From assembly GCA_965225855.1 (NCBI GenBank), contig CBDDCK010000005.1, forward strand, positions 480,001-544,000: a DNA stretch of 64,000 nt, given 5' to 3'. The DNA comes from Spirochaetia bacterium. GTDB lineage: Bacteria > Spirochaetota > Spirochaetia > SP-2023. How positions within the stretch are numbered: the first letter of the stretch is position 1; every line of letters starts with the position of its first letter. The notes below the pieces were generated by a model. It saw only the letters and a program-made list of their open reading frames with translations. It searched no databases and was not told the origin of the DNA. Made by a program: the position numbers and the translations under genes. Positions 51,359 to 61,211 of this stretch are shown piece by piece.

Positions 51359-52516
51359 TTAACCTCGGCGCAAGTCGGCAAAACCTTTTAATTGAGCAAC
51401 ATTTTCTTGTGAATAGTAATGTGTCTCAATTTTGTTTTCTTCTTCATAAAGGAAATGCACTAAAATATTTTGTTTATCATTGCCTTCATATTTTGCAATT
51501 TCCTGCAAAATATCAAAAGAATGAGTTGTGGCAAAAAGCTGGATATTTCTCTTGGTTAATTCTGGAATAATCAATTCCAATAAGATTTTTATTGTATCTG
51601 GATGCAGGCCATCGGTAATCTCATCAAAAAGAATTACATCAACTCCATTGCATAAAATTCTTAAATATAGATTAAGGATTTTAATAAAGCCAGTACCCAT
51701 AGCATTTAGAGAAAAAGGTTTATCAAATTCATGATAGTAAATATTCAAAGTATTATTCGCATCTCGTATTTCATCAATATGGGGATCAATTTGTCGAATA
51801 AAACCCAAAACCTTTTGGCAAATCTTACGGTCTTGTATTAGCCCAGTTTCCTGCTTACTAAGTCTATCATTGTTTGGGACAAAACAAACTCTAGGCTCGT
51901 ATTGTTGCTTTATCTGATGATACCGTTCTATACCACTTTTCCAATCAGGTATAATTTCGCGGTTTTGTTCTACCATAGCATTTTGTAAAAAGCTTTCTAA
52001 TAAATTTTGTGCTGGTGGTATTCTGTTTTTATCAATTTCTTTGATTAAAATTTCCCAATCACACCAATTGATTTTTCGAGCCCCTTGTTTTTGATCTCGA
52101 ACCTCACAAGCAATTTTGAGCCTATCGGGTTGTTGGATTCTGCTATTGTCAACATATTGAATCTGGTATTCTAAAATATGACCAATCCTTGGTTTGCTTA
52201 CTGCATGATTTTGGCAATGGAAAGCAATCGTAATGGGCTTTACTGTATTAAATTGGTAAAAAAAGTCTTGATACTGTTCTATATCTCCTATGCCTGATTT
52301 TCTTGTTTCCATTAAAAAGCTACGAAAAAAATCTGTTGGTTCAAGCCCAAGAGAAAAAGCGATAGCTTCCAGTATGCTGGTTTTACCGATATTATTTTTA
52401 CCTATAAGTAAATTGAAGTTAGAGCATTCTTTTAGCTGTAAATCAGTAAAGCCCTTAAAATTTTTTATATTCAATTGGGTTATAAATTTCTTATCATTTT
52501 CTGCCATAAAACGCAC
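51359..52516 (-). CDS. AAA_15/AAA_21-like ABC-type ATPase
   Basis: IKNFKGF, GKNNIGKTSILEA, MGTG signature, LFDEITDGLHP, FATTHS. Confidence 0.85.
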   Translation of the reverse strand: MRFMAENDKKFITQLNIKNFKGFTDLQLKECSNFNLLIGKNNIGKTSILEAIAFSLGLEPTDFFRSFLMETRKSGIGDIEQYQDFFYQFNTVKPITIAFHCQNHAVSKPRIGHILEYQIQYVDNSRIQQPDRLKIACEVRDQKQGARKINWCDWEILIKEIDKNRIPPAQNLLESFLQNAMVEQNREIIPDWKSGIERYHQIKQQYEPRVCFVPNNDRLSKQETGLIQDRKICQKVLGFIRQIDPHIDEIRDANNTLNIYYHEFDKPFSLNAMGTGFIKILNLYLRILCNGVDVILFDEITDGLHPDTIKILLELIIPELTKRNIQLFATTHSFDILQEIAKYEGNDKQNILVHFLYEEENKIETHYYSQENVAQLKGFADLRRG

Positions 52517-52650
52517 TCTCTTTTAGTTTATGTAATTTCATATACAAAATTTCGCAATCATAGATTTTTACTAAAAGTTAGTTTATTGTAATTTTATTCT
52601 CTAATCAATGCTTAAAAATTATTTTATTGTTTTAGCCATATAAAAATACA

Positions 52651-52784
52651 GCCAAAGTTATCTCCGTGAATTGCTCGGGCAATATACGGGAAGAGCTTTG
52701 GCTAAATACGGGAAGAGCTTCGGCTAAATACGGGAAGAGCCCCGACTAAATACGGGAAGAGCTTCGGCAATACACTGTTTTACT
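52651..52784 (+). repeat. Leader element copy 1: conserved 5' flank, 4 x 22 bp, conserved 3' flank
   Basis: GCCAAAGTTATCTCCGTGAATTGCTCGGGC; units at 52681, 52703, 52725, 52747 (TAAATACGGGAAGAGCTTCGGC); then AATACACTGTTTTACT. Confidence 0.92.
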
Positions 52785-52889
52785 TAGAGGCGGCTACTTA
52801 GTAGGCCAACACTTTATTATTGTTGTTTAGGTTTTTATTTAAATGCCGAGGATATGGCAATATGCGGTAAACGATAACAGGAATAACCA

Positions 52890-54887
52890 ATGATAGAACT
52901 AGGACAAGAACCAGAAATTATAAAACAACGCCTAACCGATAACATTAAAGCACCGAATAATATCGAGCTTTTAAAACAACATTTTTCACACTGCTTTGAT
53001 AAAGCGGGGGCTTTTGACTTTGCTAAATTTAAGCAAGAGCTTTCGCAAAATGAAGAGACTAATTTTTCTAAAGAAAGTTACGGCTTAGAGTGGCTGGGCA
53101 AAAGCTATGCCAGACTTTTGGCTAGCGATGAAGCCACCACCTTACTTAGAGAAAATAAAGAGTGGAACGCCCAAGCCCAAAACCAAAACAGTCAAAATCT
53201 ACTCCTCAAAGGCGATAATCTGGAGGTGCTAAAGCATTTAAGTAATGCCTACTACCAAAAAATCAAGATGATATACATTGACCCACCTTATAATACAGGT
53301 AGTGATGGCTTTGTCTATCAAGATAATAGAAAGTTTAATACCCAAGAGTTAGCCGAGTTGGCAGGCATAGACGAAGAACAAGCTCAACGCATTTTGGACT
53401 TTACCCAAAGCAAAAGCAACTCCCACAGTGCTTGGCTTACCTTTATGTACACCAGATTATACATTGCCAAACAATTACTCAAAGACGATGGCGTACTATT
53501 TATTAGCATTGACGACAACGAACAAGCCAATCTAAAACTACTTTGTGATGAGATTTTTGGCGAGGATAATTTTGTAGGAAATATTATTTGGCATAAAAAA
53601 ACACAACCTTCTTTTTTAAGTAGTGAAATATCTAATGTTAAAGAGTATATTTTACTTTATAAGAAGTCTGAAAAATTGATTAAAACTTTTGGAGGGACTA
53701 CAAACCCTGATAAAAAGATAGAGATGATAAATGCTTCAAATAAAGAAGATGTTAGGACTTTTAACAGAAATAATATTATTTTTGACAATGGTGCTTTTAA
53801 CGGTATTTTACAAAAAGGTAAGTATGGGAATGCTAATTTACAAATAGAACTACTACAAAATGTTGAGATAGCTAACGGAAAGCCGTTATGTGATTTTGCA
53901 TTAATAGGTAGGTTTAAGTGGTCTCAAGTAAAAATCAATGAATCTTTTAGTAAAGGGGATACATTTTATTTAACTACAAAAACATTAAGACCAATTATGG
54001 AACAAAAAGAAAAAGTGGTAAAAACAAAACCAATTCTTGATTTATTAAGTAAGAAAACTAATTTTGAAATAGGGACTAATACAGATGGGACAAATGAAAT
54101 AGCAAATATTTTTCAAAAAAAAGAATTATTTACTAATCCAAAGCCTACTAAATTAATCAAATACCTTATAAAAAGTATTGAAAACAACCCCAACGACCTA
54201 ATCCTAGACTTCTTTGCTGGCAGTGGTACTACTGGCGAGGCGGTAATGCAATTAAACAGTGAAGACGGCGGTAATAGAAAGTTTATCTTGGTACAGTGGG
54301 ACGAAGCCATAAAAGAAAACAGCGAAGCCTATCGGTTTTGTACGCAGAACAATTTAAAGCCCGTTATTTCTAGTATTACACAAGAACGCCTTATAAGAGC
54401 TGGGCAAAAGCTAACAAAAGGGAATATAACGGACTTATCCACTTTGGATTTGGGTTTTAAGATTTTTGAAACCATAGCCAACGATGAGGGCGTGTGGGCA
54501 AATTATGACTTTGCAGCTAAAGAATCAAATGACAATATTGTCCTTTTGGACGAGGAAAAATTGCAAGAACAAGACTTGCAAAACCTACTCACCACTTGGA
54601 AAACTTATGACAATATCCCGCTAACCCAAGATTTAAGCGCGGTGGATTTAGCAGGGTATAAGGGCTATTACTTTGACAGTAAATTATATTTAGTCTATCC
54701 AGGTTTTGCGACAGAACACCTTGTAGCCCTGCTCAATAAAATAGATGGCGATACAAAATTTAATCCGGCCAATATCTACCTCTTTGGTTTTAACTTTGAA
54801 AGCAAAATGTTGCGAGAATTGGCAGAGAATATAGCCAATTACAAAAACAAGAAAGCAATTGAGATGGATTTAATCACCAGATATTGA
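52890..54887 (+). CDS. mod: Type III RM methyltransferase (mod-2, EcoPI/EcoP15I-like termini)
   Basis: [53 protein letters not shown]. Confidence 0.93.
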   Translation: MIELGQEPEIIKQRLTDNIKAPNNIELLKQHFSHCFDKAGAFDFAKFKQELSQNEETNFSKESYGLEWLGKSYARLLASDEATTLLRENKEWNAQAQNQNSQNLLLKGDNLEVLKHLSNAYYQKIKMIYIDPPYNTGSDGFVYQDNRKFNTQELAELAGIDEEQAQRILDFTQSKSNSHSAWLTFMYTRLYIAKQLLKDDGVLFISIDDNEQANLKLLCDEIFGEDNFVGNIIWHKKTQPSFLSSEISNVKEYILLYKKSEKLIKTFGGTTNPDKKIEMINASNKEDVRTFNRNNIIFDNGAFNGILQKGKYGNANLQIELLQNVEIANGKPLCDFALIGRFKWSQVKINESFSKGDTFYLTTKTLRPIMEQKEKVVKTKPILDLLSKKTNFEIGTNTDGTNEIANIFQKKELFTNPKPTKLIKYLIKSIENNPNDLILDFFAGSGTTGEAVMQLNSEDGGNRKFILVQWDEAIKENSEAYRFCTQNNLKPVISSITQERLIRAGQKLTKGNITDLSTLDLGFKIFETIANDEGVWANYDFAAKESNDNIVLLDEEKLQEQDLQNLLTTWKTYDNIPLTQDLSAVDLAGYKGYYFDSKLYLVYPGFATEHLVALLNKIDGDTKFNPANIYLFGFNFESKMLRELAENIANYKNKKAIEMDLITRY

Positions 54888-54921
54888 TATGCCAAAATAG
54901 TTTTAGCGATGCAATAACATA

Positions 54922-55011
54922 GCCAAAGTTATCTGCGTGAATTGCTCGGGCAATATACGGGAAGAGCTTCGGCTAAATACGGGAAGAGCTTTGGCAATAC
55001 ACTGTTTTACT
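54922..55011 (+). repeat. Leader element copy 2 (2 x 22 bp)
   Basis: Same flanks; units at 54952 and 54974. Confidence 0.92.
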
Positions 55012-55109
55012 GAAACGCTGCGCTTGTGGACGGTACTGGTAAAAATACTCATTGATTATGGTTGTTTGGTTTTTGGTTTCAATGCTGAAGGTTGATAAGA
55101 GATACGAAT

Positions 55110-58031
55110 ATGGTAAAATTACATTTTGAAAAGAACTTAGAACATCAACGACAAGCCGTTGAGGCCACTATCAAAGTCTTTGATGGGGTAGAACAACAAA
55201 CGCCTAAGGGCGTGCATAAAAATAGTATCAATCCAACTTTTAATTACCAAAGCCTTGCATTCAAACAGAATATCAAGCAAATACAAAGGCATAATGGCAT
55301 TGAAGCAAAACCAACTTTTTCTAATATCATTGATATTATGATGGAGACGGGCACGGGCAAGACTTATACCTATACCAAGACTATTTTTGAGCTGAATCAG
55401 CATTACGGCATTTTTAAGTTTATTGTGGTTGTGCCCACCTTGCCCATTAAAGCCGGGACAATTGATTTTTTACAATCCGATAGCACCAGAGGGCATTTTC
55501 AAACCCAGTACAACAAAAGAATCAATCTGCATATTGTCCAAAGCGAAAATAAAAAAGCTAACAAAAAATCATCGGCTATGCCTCCGGCGATTAGCGAATT
55601 TGTCAAGGCACAAAACCATAACAATATGGAAGTGATGATTATCAATGCAGGAATGATTAACTCGGACACAATGGGCAAAACATACGATACCACTTTATTT
55701 GATAGGTACAAAATACCTTTTGAAGGCATAGCAGAGACCAAGCCCTTTATAATTATAGACGAACCACACAAGTTTGATAAGAAAAACAAAACTTGGGAGA
55801 ATATACAAAAATTCAATGCTCAATGTATCTTGCGCTATGGTGCAACCTTTCCCGAAAAACAGATTAAAAGGCCAATACCCTTATTAAAGAAAAAAGAAAC
55901 TATAAAAATTAAAGATTATCACAATCTGATTTATGAACTCAAAGCTATAGATGCCTTTAACCAAAAGCTAGTCAAGGGAGTTATTGGGCATATTACCGAG
56001 TTTGCAGAAGGCCAAAAGGTTATGGTGCAATTAACAGGCTCTGATGACAAGGAAGCGAGTTTTAAATTGATTGGTACTAAAGACAAAAATAGCGTTAAGC
56101 TAACCAAAAAACAGAGCTTATCAAAAATACATCAAGCCATAGATGATTTGTGTATAGATAAACTCAATAAAACAGAAGTGATACTTTCCAATGGCTTACA
56201 ACTCAAAAAGGGCGATAAGATTAGCCCCTTTTCTTATCACCAAACCCTGCAAGAGTATATGATAGCAAAAGCGGTAGGGAAACACTTTGAAAAAGAAAGG
56301 GCCTACCTTACGCAAGAGGTCAAAATCAAACCCTTGACACTATTTTTTATCGACAATATTGATGAGTACAGAGACCAAGAAGGCAGTATAAGGCAAATAG
56401 TCGAAACGCAAATTAAAGCCCAAGCGGAAGGATTACTCGAAGGTGAAAACAATGCTTTTTATAAAAGCTATTTAGAACAAACGCTAAAGGATATTGCCCA
56501 AACGCACGGCGGCTATTTCTCCAAAGACAACAGCGATAAAGACGATAAAATTGAAAAAGAAGTCAATGAGATTTTGCACGATAAGCAAGCCTTATTGGAC
56601 TTAAACAATACAAGGCGATTTATCTTTTCTAAATGGACACTCAAAGAAGGCTGGGATAACCCCAATATATTCCAAATTTGCAAATTGCGCAGCAGTGGTT
56701 CGGAAATATCCAAACTGCAAGAAGTCGGTAGAGGCTTGCGCTTGCCGGTCAATGAATACGGCAATAGGGTCAAAGATATCGAGTTTTATTTGGATTATTT
56801 CGTGGATTTCACCGAAGATGATTTTATTGACCAACTGGTTCAAGAGGTGAATCATAAGTCCAATGCTTTCTCAAGAGAGGCCCATTACGACAAGCTAAGC
56901 GATGAAATGGTCGGAATGATTTGCAAGCATTATAGTATTTCAGAAGAGGATTTATTAAAGAGCTTAGACGAACAAAACCTTATTACAAGGGCAAATCAAT
57001 TTAAAGAGGGTGGTCTAGATTATATTAGAGAACACTATCCTTTGATCTTTGCAGGCGTTGATAGCAATCAAATACGAAAAGATACAGATACCAAACCAAA
57101 GGCTAAAATAAGGGTTGAAAAGTATCCCCAGCTACAAGCCTTGTGGGAGAAGCTGAACCAAAAAGTTATCTTAGAGTATAACATAAAAAATGAACCAGCA
57201 TTTAAAGACTTACTGAATGGCTTTTTAGAAAATGCTACTTCCTTTGTAAGTACGGGGATTACAGAAAAAACGCAACAGATTAAGCTGAAAAAGGACGAGG
57301 CTTTTATATTGGAAGAAACCTCGATTAGCGATAGCGACTTAACCGCAATGGTTACCATGCCCTACGATAAGTTTTTAAAACAGCTAGCCAAAGCCTTACA
57401 TATCAATATGAAAACCTTGCATAACGCTTTTGTGGATTTGCATATTCCTATTAACCAATACCTTAACCAGACGACTATAAGAAGCTTTAAACAAAAATTT
57501 AATAACTATTTAATGCATCAAGCCATCAATGATTTTGGCATCGCCTACCAACAAGTAACCAACGCTATTCACCCCACCAAGCTCACCAATACCCAAGGCG
57601 ATGTACAAAAAGAAATCAATGCTGCCGATGTGGGCGTACTGCAATCCGGCGAAAAAGTAGCGGATAAATACCTTTTTGAACAATTATTTTATGATTCGGA
57701 GTTAGAAAAAGAAAATATCAAGCAGAATATTCAAGAAGTGATTGTCTTTACCAAAATCCCCAAAAACTCTATAAAAATCCCCGTTGCAGGGGGCAAAAGC
57801 TATTCGCCGGACTTTGCCTATGTATTCAAATCAAAAGATGGCAACGAGCAACTACACTTTATCGTAGAAACCAAAAATGCCGATGAAGAAGGGCTAAGAG
57901 CTGAAGAACAAGCCAAAATACAATATGCCGAACAATTTTTTAAAGGGGCTATCAAAGTTAAATTTGAAACGCAGTTTAAAGAACAAACAATAATCGAGCT
58001 GATTGAGAAAGCATATAACGGGCAGATATAA
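55110..58031 (+). CDS. res: Type III restriction endonuclease subunit (res-1)
   Basis: METGTGKT, IIDEPH, LKEGWDNPN, QEVGRGLRL, C-terminal YSPDF...IVETK nuclease. Confidence 0.95.
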   Translation: MVKLHFEKNLEHQRQAVEATIKVFDGVEQQTPKGVHKNSINPTFNYQSLAFKQNIKQIQRHNGIEAKPTFSNIIDIMMETGTGKTYTYTKTIFELNQHYGIFKFIVVVPTLPIKAGTIDFLQSDSTRGHFQTQYNKRINLHIVQSENKKANKKSSAMPPAISEFVKAQNHNNMEVMIINAGMINSDTMGKTYDTTLFDRYKIPFEGIAETKPFIIIDEPHKFDKKNKTWENIQKFNAQCILRYGATFPEKQIKRPIPLLKKKETIKIKDYHNLIYELKAIDAFNQKLVKGVIGHITEFAEGQKVMVQLTGSDDKEASFKLIGTKDKNSVKLTKKQSLSKIHQAIDDLCIDKLNKTEVILSNGLQLKKGDKISPFSYHQTLQEYMIAKAVGKHFEKERAYLTQEVKIKPLTLFFIDNIDEYRDQEGSIRQIVETQIKAQAEGLLEGENNAFYKSYLEQTLKDIAQTHGGYFSKDNSDKDDKIEKEVNEILHDKQALLDLNNTRRFIFSKWTLKEGWDNPNIFQICKLRSSGSEISKLQEVGRGLRLPVNEYGNRVKDIEFYLDYFVDFTEDDFIDQLVQEVNHKSNAFSREAHYDKLSDEMVGMICKHYSISEEDLLKSLDEQNLITRANQFKEGGLDYIREHYPLIFAGVDSNQIRKDTDTKPKAKIRVEKYPQLQALWEKLNQKVILEYNIKNEPAFKDLLNGFLENATSFVSTGITEKTQQIKLKKDEAFILEETSISDSDLTAMVTMPYDKFLKQLAKALHINMKTLHNAFVDLHIPINQYLNQTTIRSFKQKFNNYLMHQAINDFGIAYQQVTNAIHPTKLTNTQGDVQKEINAADVGVLQSGEKVADKYLFEQLFYDSELEKENIKQNIQEVIVFTKIPKNSIKIPVAGGKSYSPDFAYVFKSKDGNEQLHFIVETKNADEEGLRAEEQAKIQYAEQFFKGAIKVKFETQFKEQTIIELIEKAYNGQI

Positions 58032-58149
58032 TAAGTATATACTGCTTCACTGAAAGCACAAAACCAAACGCCCCCACCCAAACAGAGCCCCCAAGAGCGC
58101 CTTACAGCAAATAATTTTGGCAAATAGCTTTAGCAATTTAACAAAACAA

Positions 58150-58260
58150 GCAAAGTTATCTCCGTGAATTGCTAGGGCAATATACGGTCAGAGCCCCGAC
58201 TAAATACGGTCAGAGCTCGCCCTAAATACGGGAAGAGCTTTGCCCATATACTGTTTTACT
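58150..58260 (+). repeat. Leader element copy 3 (3 x 22 bp, more diverged)
   Basis: GCAAAGTTATCTCCGTGAATTGCTAGGGC; units at 58179, 58201, 58223; then CATATACTGTTTTACT. Confidence 0.9.
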
Positions 58261-58418
58261 TAGAGGCTACCCTTAAAGGCTAGCATTCAAAGTAGTTATG
58301 TGCCAGTGGTGGATGCGATGGCTAGCTGGGAATTTTACATAAATATGATTGGCCAAAACCATACTAATTGATTATGATTGCTTTGATTTTTTATGTGAAT
58401 ACTAAGGAGAGTGGAGCT

Positions 58419-60341
58419 ATGATCAACCAAAGCGATTTACCAAAACACAACATACCCAGCCTAGACTCTGCGCAAACGCACAACGCAAGCCAAAACGCAA
58501 CACTACAAGCCCTCAAACAATTATTGCCGCAAGTCATCAATGCCGATGGCCAATTGAATATTGAGGCACTCAAAGATGTTATAGATATTGCCCAAACCAC
58601 CGCCAACAACAAAGGCTATGAGCTTACTTTTGCCGGCAAGGGCTTGGCCAAAGCCAAAGCCAGTAGCGAAACTGCTTATGAACTCAAAGCCCAAACAGAG
58701 CAAAGCAAAGATTTTGACACTAGCCAAAATATCGTGATTCGGGGCGACAATTTGGAAGTATTAAAAATCTTAAAAGCCAATTACTTTGAGAAAGTCAAAA
58801 TGATTTATATTGACCCGCCCTACAATACCAAGAGCGACAATTTTATCTATAGCGACAATTTCGAGAAAAAGCAACAAGAGCTTATCGAAAGTTTTGGTTT
58901 GGACGAAAGCACAAAGGATTTTCTAAGCAATGTTTACGGCACGCAAAGCCACAGCGGTTGGTTGGCCTTTATCTATCCGCGCTTGAAACTTGCAAGGGAT
59001 TTACTTAGAGATGATGGCGTGATATTTATTAGTATAGACGATAACGAACAAGCCAATCTGAAAATACTTTGTGATGAGATTTTTGGGCAAGATAATTTTG
59101 GAACAAGTTTTATATGGCAGAAAACAGATGCGAAGGTAGATCAAAATACAAATGCAAAAGTTATACACCGAGAGAAAAAAATACATGAATATATTTTATG
59201 TATTTTTAAAAATAAAGGCACAACGAGATTTAATAAAATAAAAAAACTGCCGATTTGGGGCAAACAACAAACTAACCCCGACAAAGATAAGAGAGGTAAT
59301 TGGCAATCAGGGATAATATCTTATGAAGAAGGACACAAAAACGAGGATAAAAGCAGTGAGTATTACTATACTTTAATATCCCCGTCTGGTATAAAATGGA
59401 AAAGGCATTGGTTTTTAAACCAAAAAGATATGAATGAGTTGGTTTTAGATAATAGGGTATATTTTGGGAAATCACCAGACTATAACAACGTACCAAGAAA
59501 AAAGACCTTTGAAAATGAGGAACAAAATTACCATTTTGAAACAATAGTAAGGGAAATGGGAACAAGTTCCAGCAGTAAAAGTGAAATAGAAGAAATATTT
59601 GATAAAAGGAAAGGAATATTTGATACACCAAAGCCAATTAAATTGGTAAAAGAAATTGTACGATGTTCTACCAACCCAAACGACCTAATCTTAGACTTTT
59701 TCGCAGGGAGTGGCACTACTGGCGATGCGGTGATGCAATTGAATAATGAAGACGGCGGCACTAGAAAATTTATCTTAGTGCAGTGGGACGAAGCCATCAA
59801 AGAAAACAGCGAAGCCTATCGGTTTTGTACGGAGAATAATTTAGAGCCCGTTATCTCCAGCATCACCATAGAACGCTTACATCGTGCGGGGGCTAAACTC
59901 AAACAAGAGCAAAAAACCAAAGAAGGTATATTTGAAAGTGAAAATTTGGATATAGGTTATAAAGTGTTTTCGCTTACGCCCAAGCCCAAACTTACGGAAG
60001 GGGCTAATAATGTATTTGTGTTAGAAAATCAAAGAAACAATAGCACTGACACTTTATATAATATGCTTTGCGCCACCAATAAACCTTTGCATACGCCCGT
60101 ACAAGAACGTATTAAAGGTAGTTTGTATTTGGTGGAACATGTGGAAAAGGGCATAACGCAAAAAAGTTTTTATGTGCTCCATATGCCCAATGAAGAAATA
60201 GCCAAACAGATAATTGCTGAATTGGACAACAACCCCGATAGCCCAATTTATATAGATGGCTATAGTAGTATCTGTTTAGAAGATTGGTTTAATCTGGGCG
60301 CGCATCGTACCGACAAGAAAAATATAGCGGTGGTGTATTAG
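58419..60341 (+). CDS. mod: Type III RM methyltransferase (mod-3, paralogue of mod-1 with a different TRD)
   Basis: [41 protein letters not shown] 58419 with GGAG SD. Confidence 0.93.
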   Translation: MINQSDLPKHNIPSLDSAQTHNASQNATLQALKQLLPQVINADGQLNIEALKDVIDIAQTTANNKGYELTFAGKGLAKAKASSETAYELKAQTEQSKDFDTSQNIVIRGDNLEVLKILKANYFEKVKMIYIDPPYNTKSDNFIYSDNFEKKQQELIESFGLDESTKDFLSNVYGTQSHSGWLAFIYPRLKLARDLLRDDGVIFISIDDNEQANLKILCDEIFGQDNFGTSFIWQKTDAKVDQNTNAKVIHREKKIHEYILCIFKNKGTTRFNKIKKLPIWGKQQTNPDKDKRGNWQSGIISYEEGHKNEDKSSEYYYTLISPSGIKWKRHWFLNQKDMNELVLDNRVYFGKSPDYNNVPRKKTFENEEQNYHFETIVREMGTSSSSKSEIEEIFDKRKGIFDTPKPIKLVKEIVRCSTNPNDLILDFFAGSGTTGDAVMQLNNEDGGTRKFILVQWDEAIKENSEAYRFCTENNLEPVISSITIERLHRAGAKLKQEQKTKEGIFESENLDIGYKVFSLTPKPKLTEGANNVFVLENQRNNSTDTLYNMLCATNKPLHTPVQERIKGSLYLVEHVEKGITQKSFYVLHMPNEEIAKQIIAELDNNPDSPIYIDGYSSICLEDWFNLGAHRTDKKNIAVVY

Positions 60342-60425
60342 TGGGGAAGCCAATTAAATCTAGGCGTGGATAATGCCAATAAGTAAAATATTATTGTGGT
60401 TTGTTAGAAATTTAAAAATTAGAAA

Positions 60426-61203
60426 ATGGCTATTATGAATTTTTGTTTAATGCAGTTAATACAAAAAAATACTACTGAAACAGAAAGATTTATTTATCCT
60501 AATAAAAGTAGTTTTCAGGGTATTGAAAAAGAGGGTTCTTTTAGAAATGGCAAAACTTTTTATGAGTTTAATATTGAAGAAACAGATAAATATATTTGGT
60601 TTTCTTTTGATTATGGAGAAGCAAATCCAAGAGATGATCAGCTAACAAATATACAAACGGGAGAAAAAAGAGACAATCCAAGAGCAGAAGACGAAAGTAG
60701 AAGAAACCAGACAGTTTTTTGTTCTATATGACTATGGAACGGAGTTTTTGTATATATATAACTTAGATAAAAAGAACATTTTTAAAACATTTTTAACTGA
60801 AAAATTATCAATAATTTTTGAAATAAAAAACATTTATGTATCAAAAGATGAATTCATTAAACAACTTAAAGAAGTTTCAAAAATTCAATTTACAGATACT
60901 AGAAATCTATTTAATCAAGGTAGTAAAGAAAGACAAGCATTAATAGATTTAACAGGAACAGATGCACCAGATAATTTTTCAATTGAAGCTACTTATTCAA
61001 AAGGAATGCTTGTTAAGATTGCACGATTTTTAAGAAAACAGGAAAACAGGAATTTAGTTATCAAGGGAAAAGATGAAAGCGGTTTTGAAAAGATATATAA
61101 TAGTGAAGACTTGACCCAAAAAATAAAGATTGATGTAACTAAAAATGATAATGGTAAATATGATTCTGAAACTGTAAAAATTAACTTACTGTCAAAATTA
61201 TAA
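60426..61203 (+). pseudogene. Unknown soluble protein split by a +1 frameshift (258 aa if joined)
   Basis: Removing one A at 60694-60696 fuses ORFs 60426-60731 and 60748-61203 through NPRAEDEVEETRQFFVLYDYGTEFLYIY. Confidence 0.7.
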
Positions 61204-61211
61204 ATAGAACA

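Noticed and set aside
52681..52768. 22-bp repeats as plasmid replication iterons
   Set aside because: The period fits, but no Rep gene is seen and three dispersed copies each precede an RM gene.
52651..58260. 22-bp arrays as CRISPR or mini-CRISPR
   Set aside because: Units are contiguous with only ~6 variable bases, there are no unique spacers, and no cas genes are in the window.
38833..60341. Classical phase-variable mod (phasevarion) via simple sequence repeats
   Set aside because: No tetra/pentanucleotide or long G/C tracts seen in the mod genes; only short A/T runs expected in AT-rich DNA, and the main frames are open.
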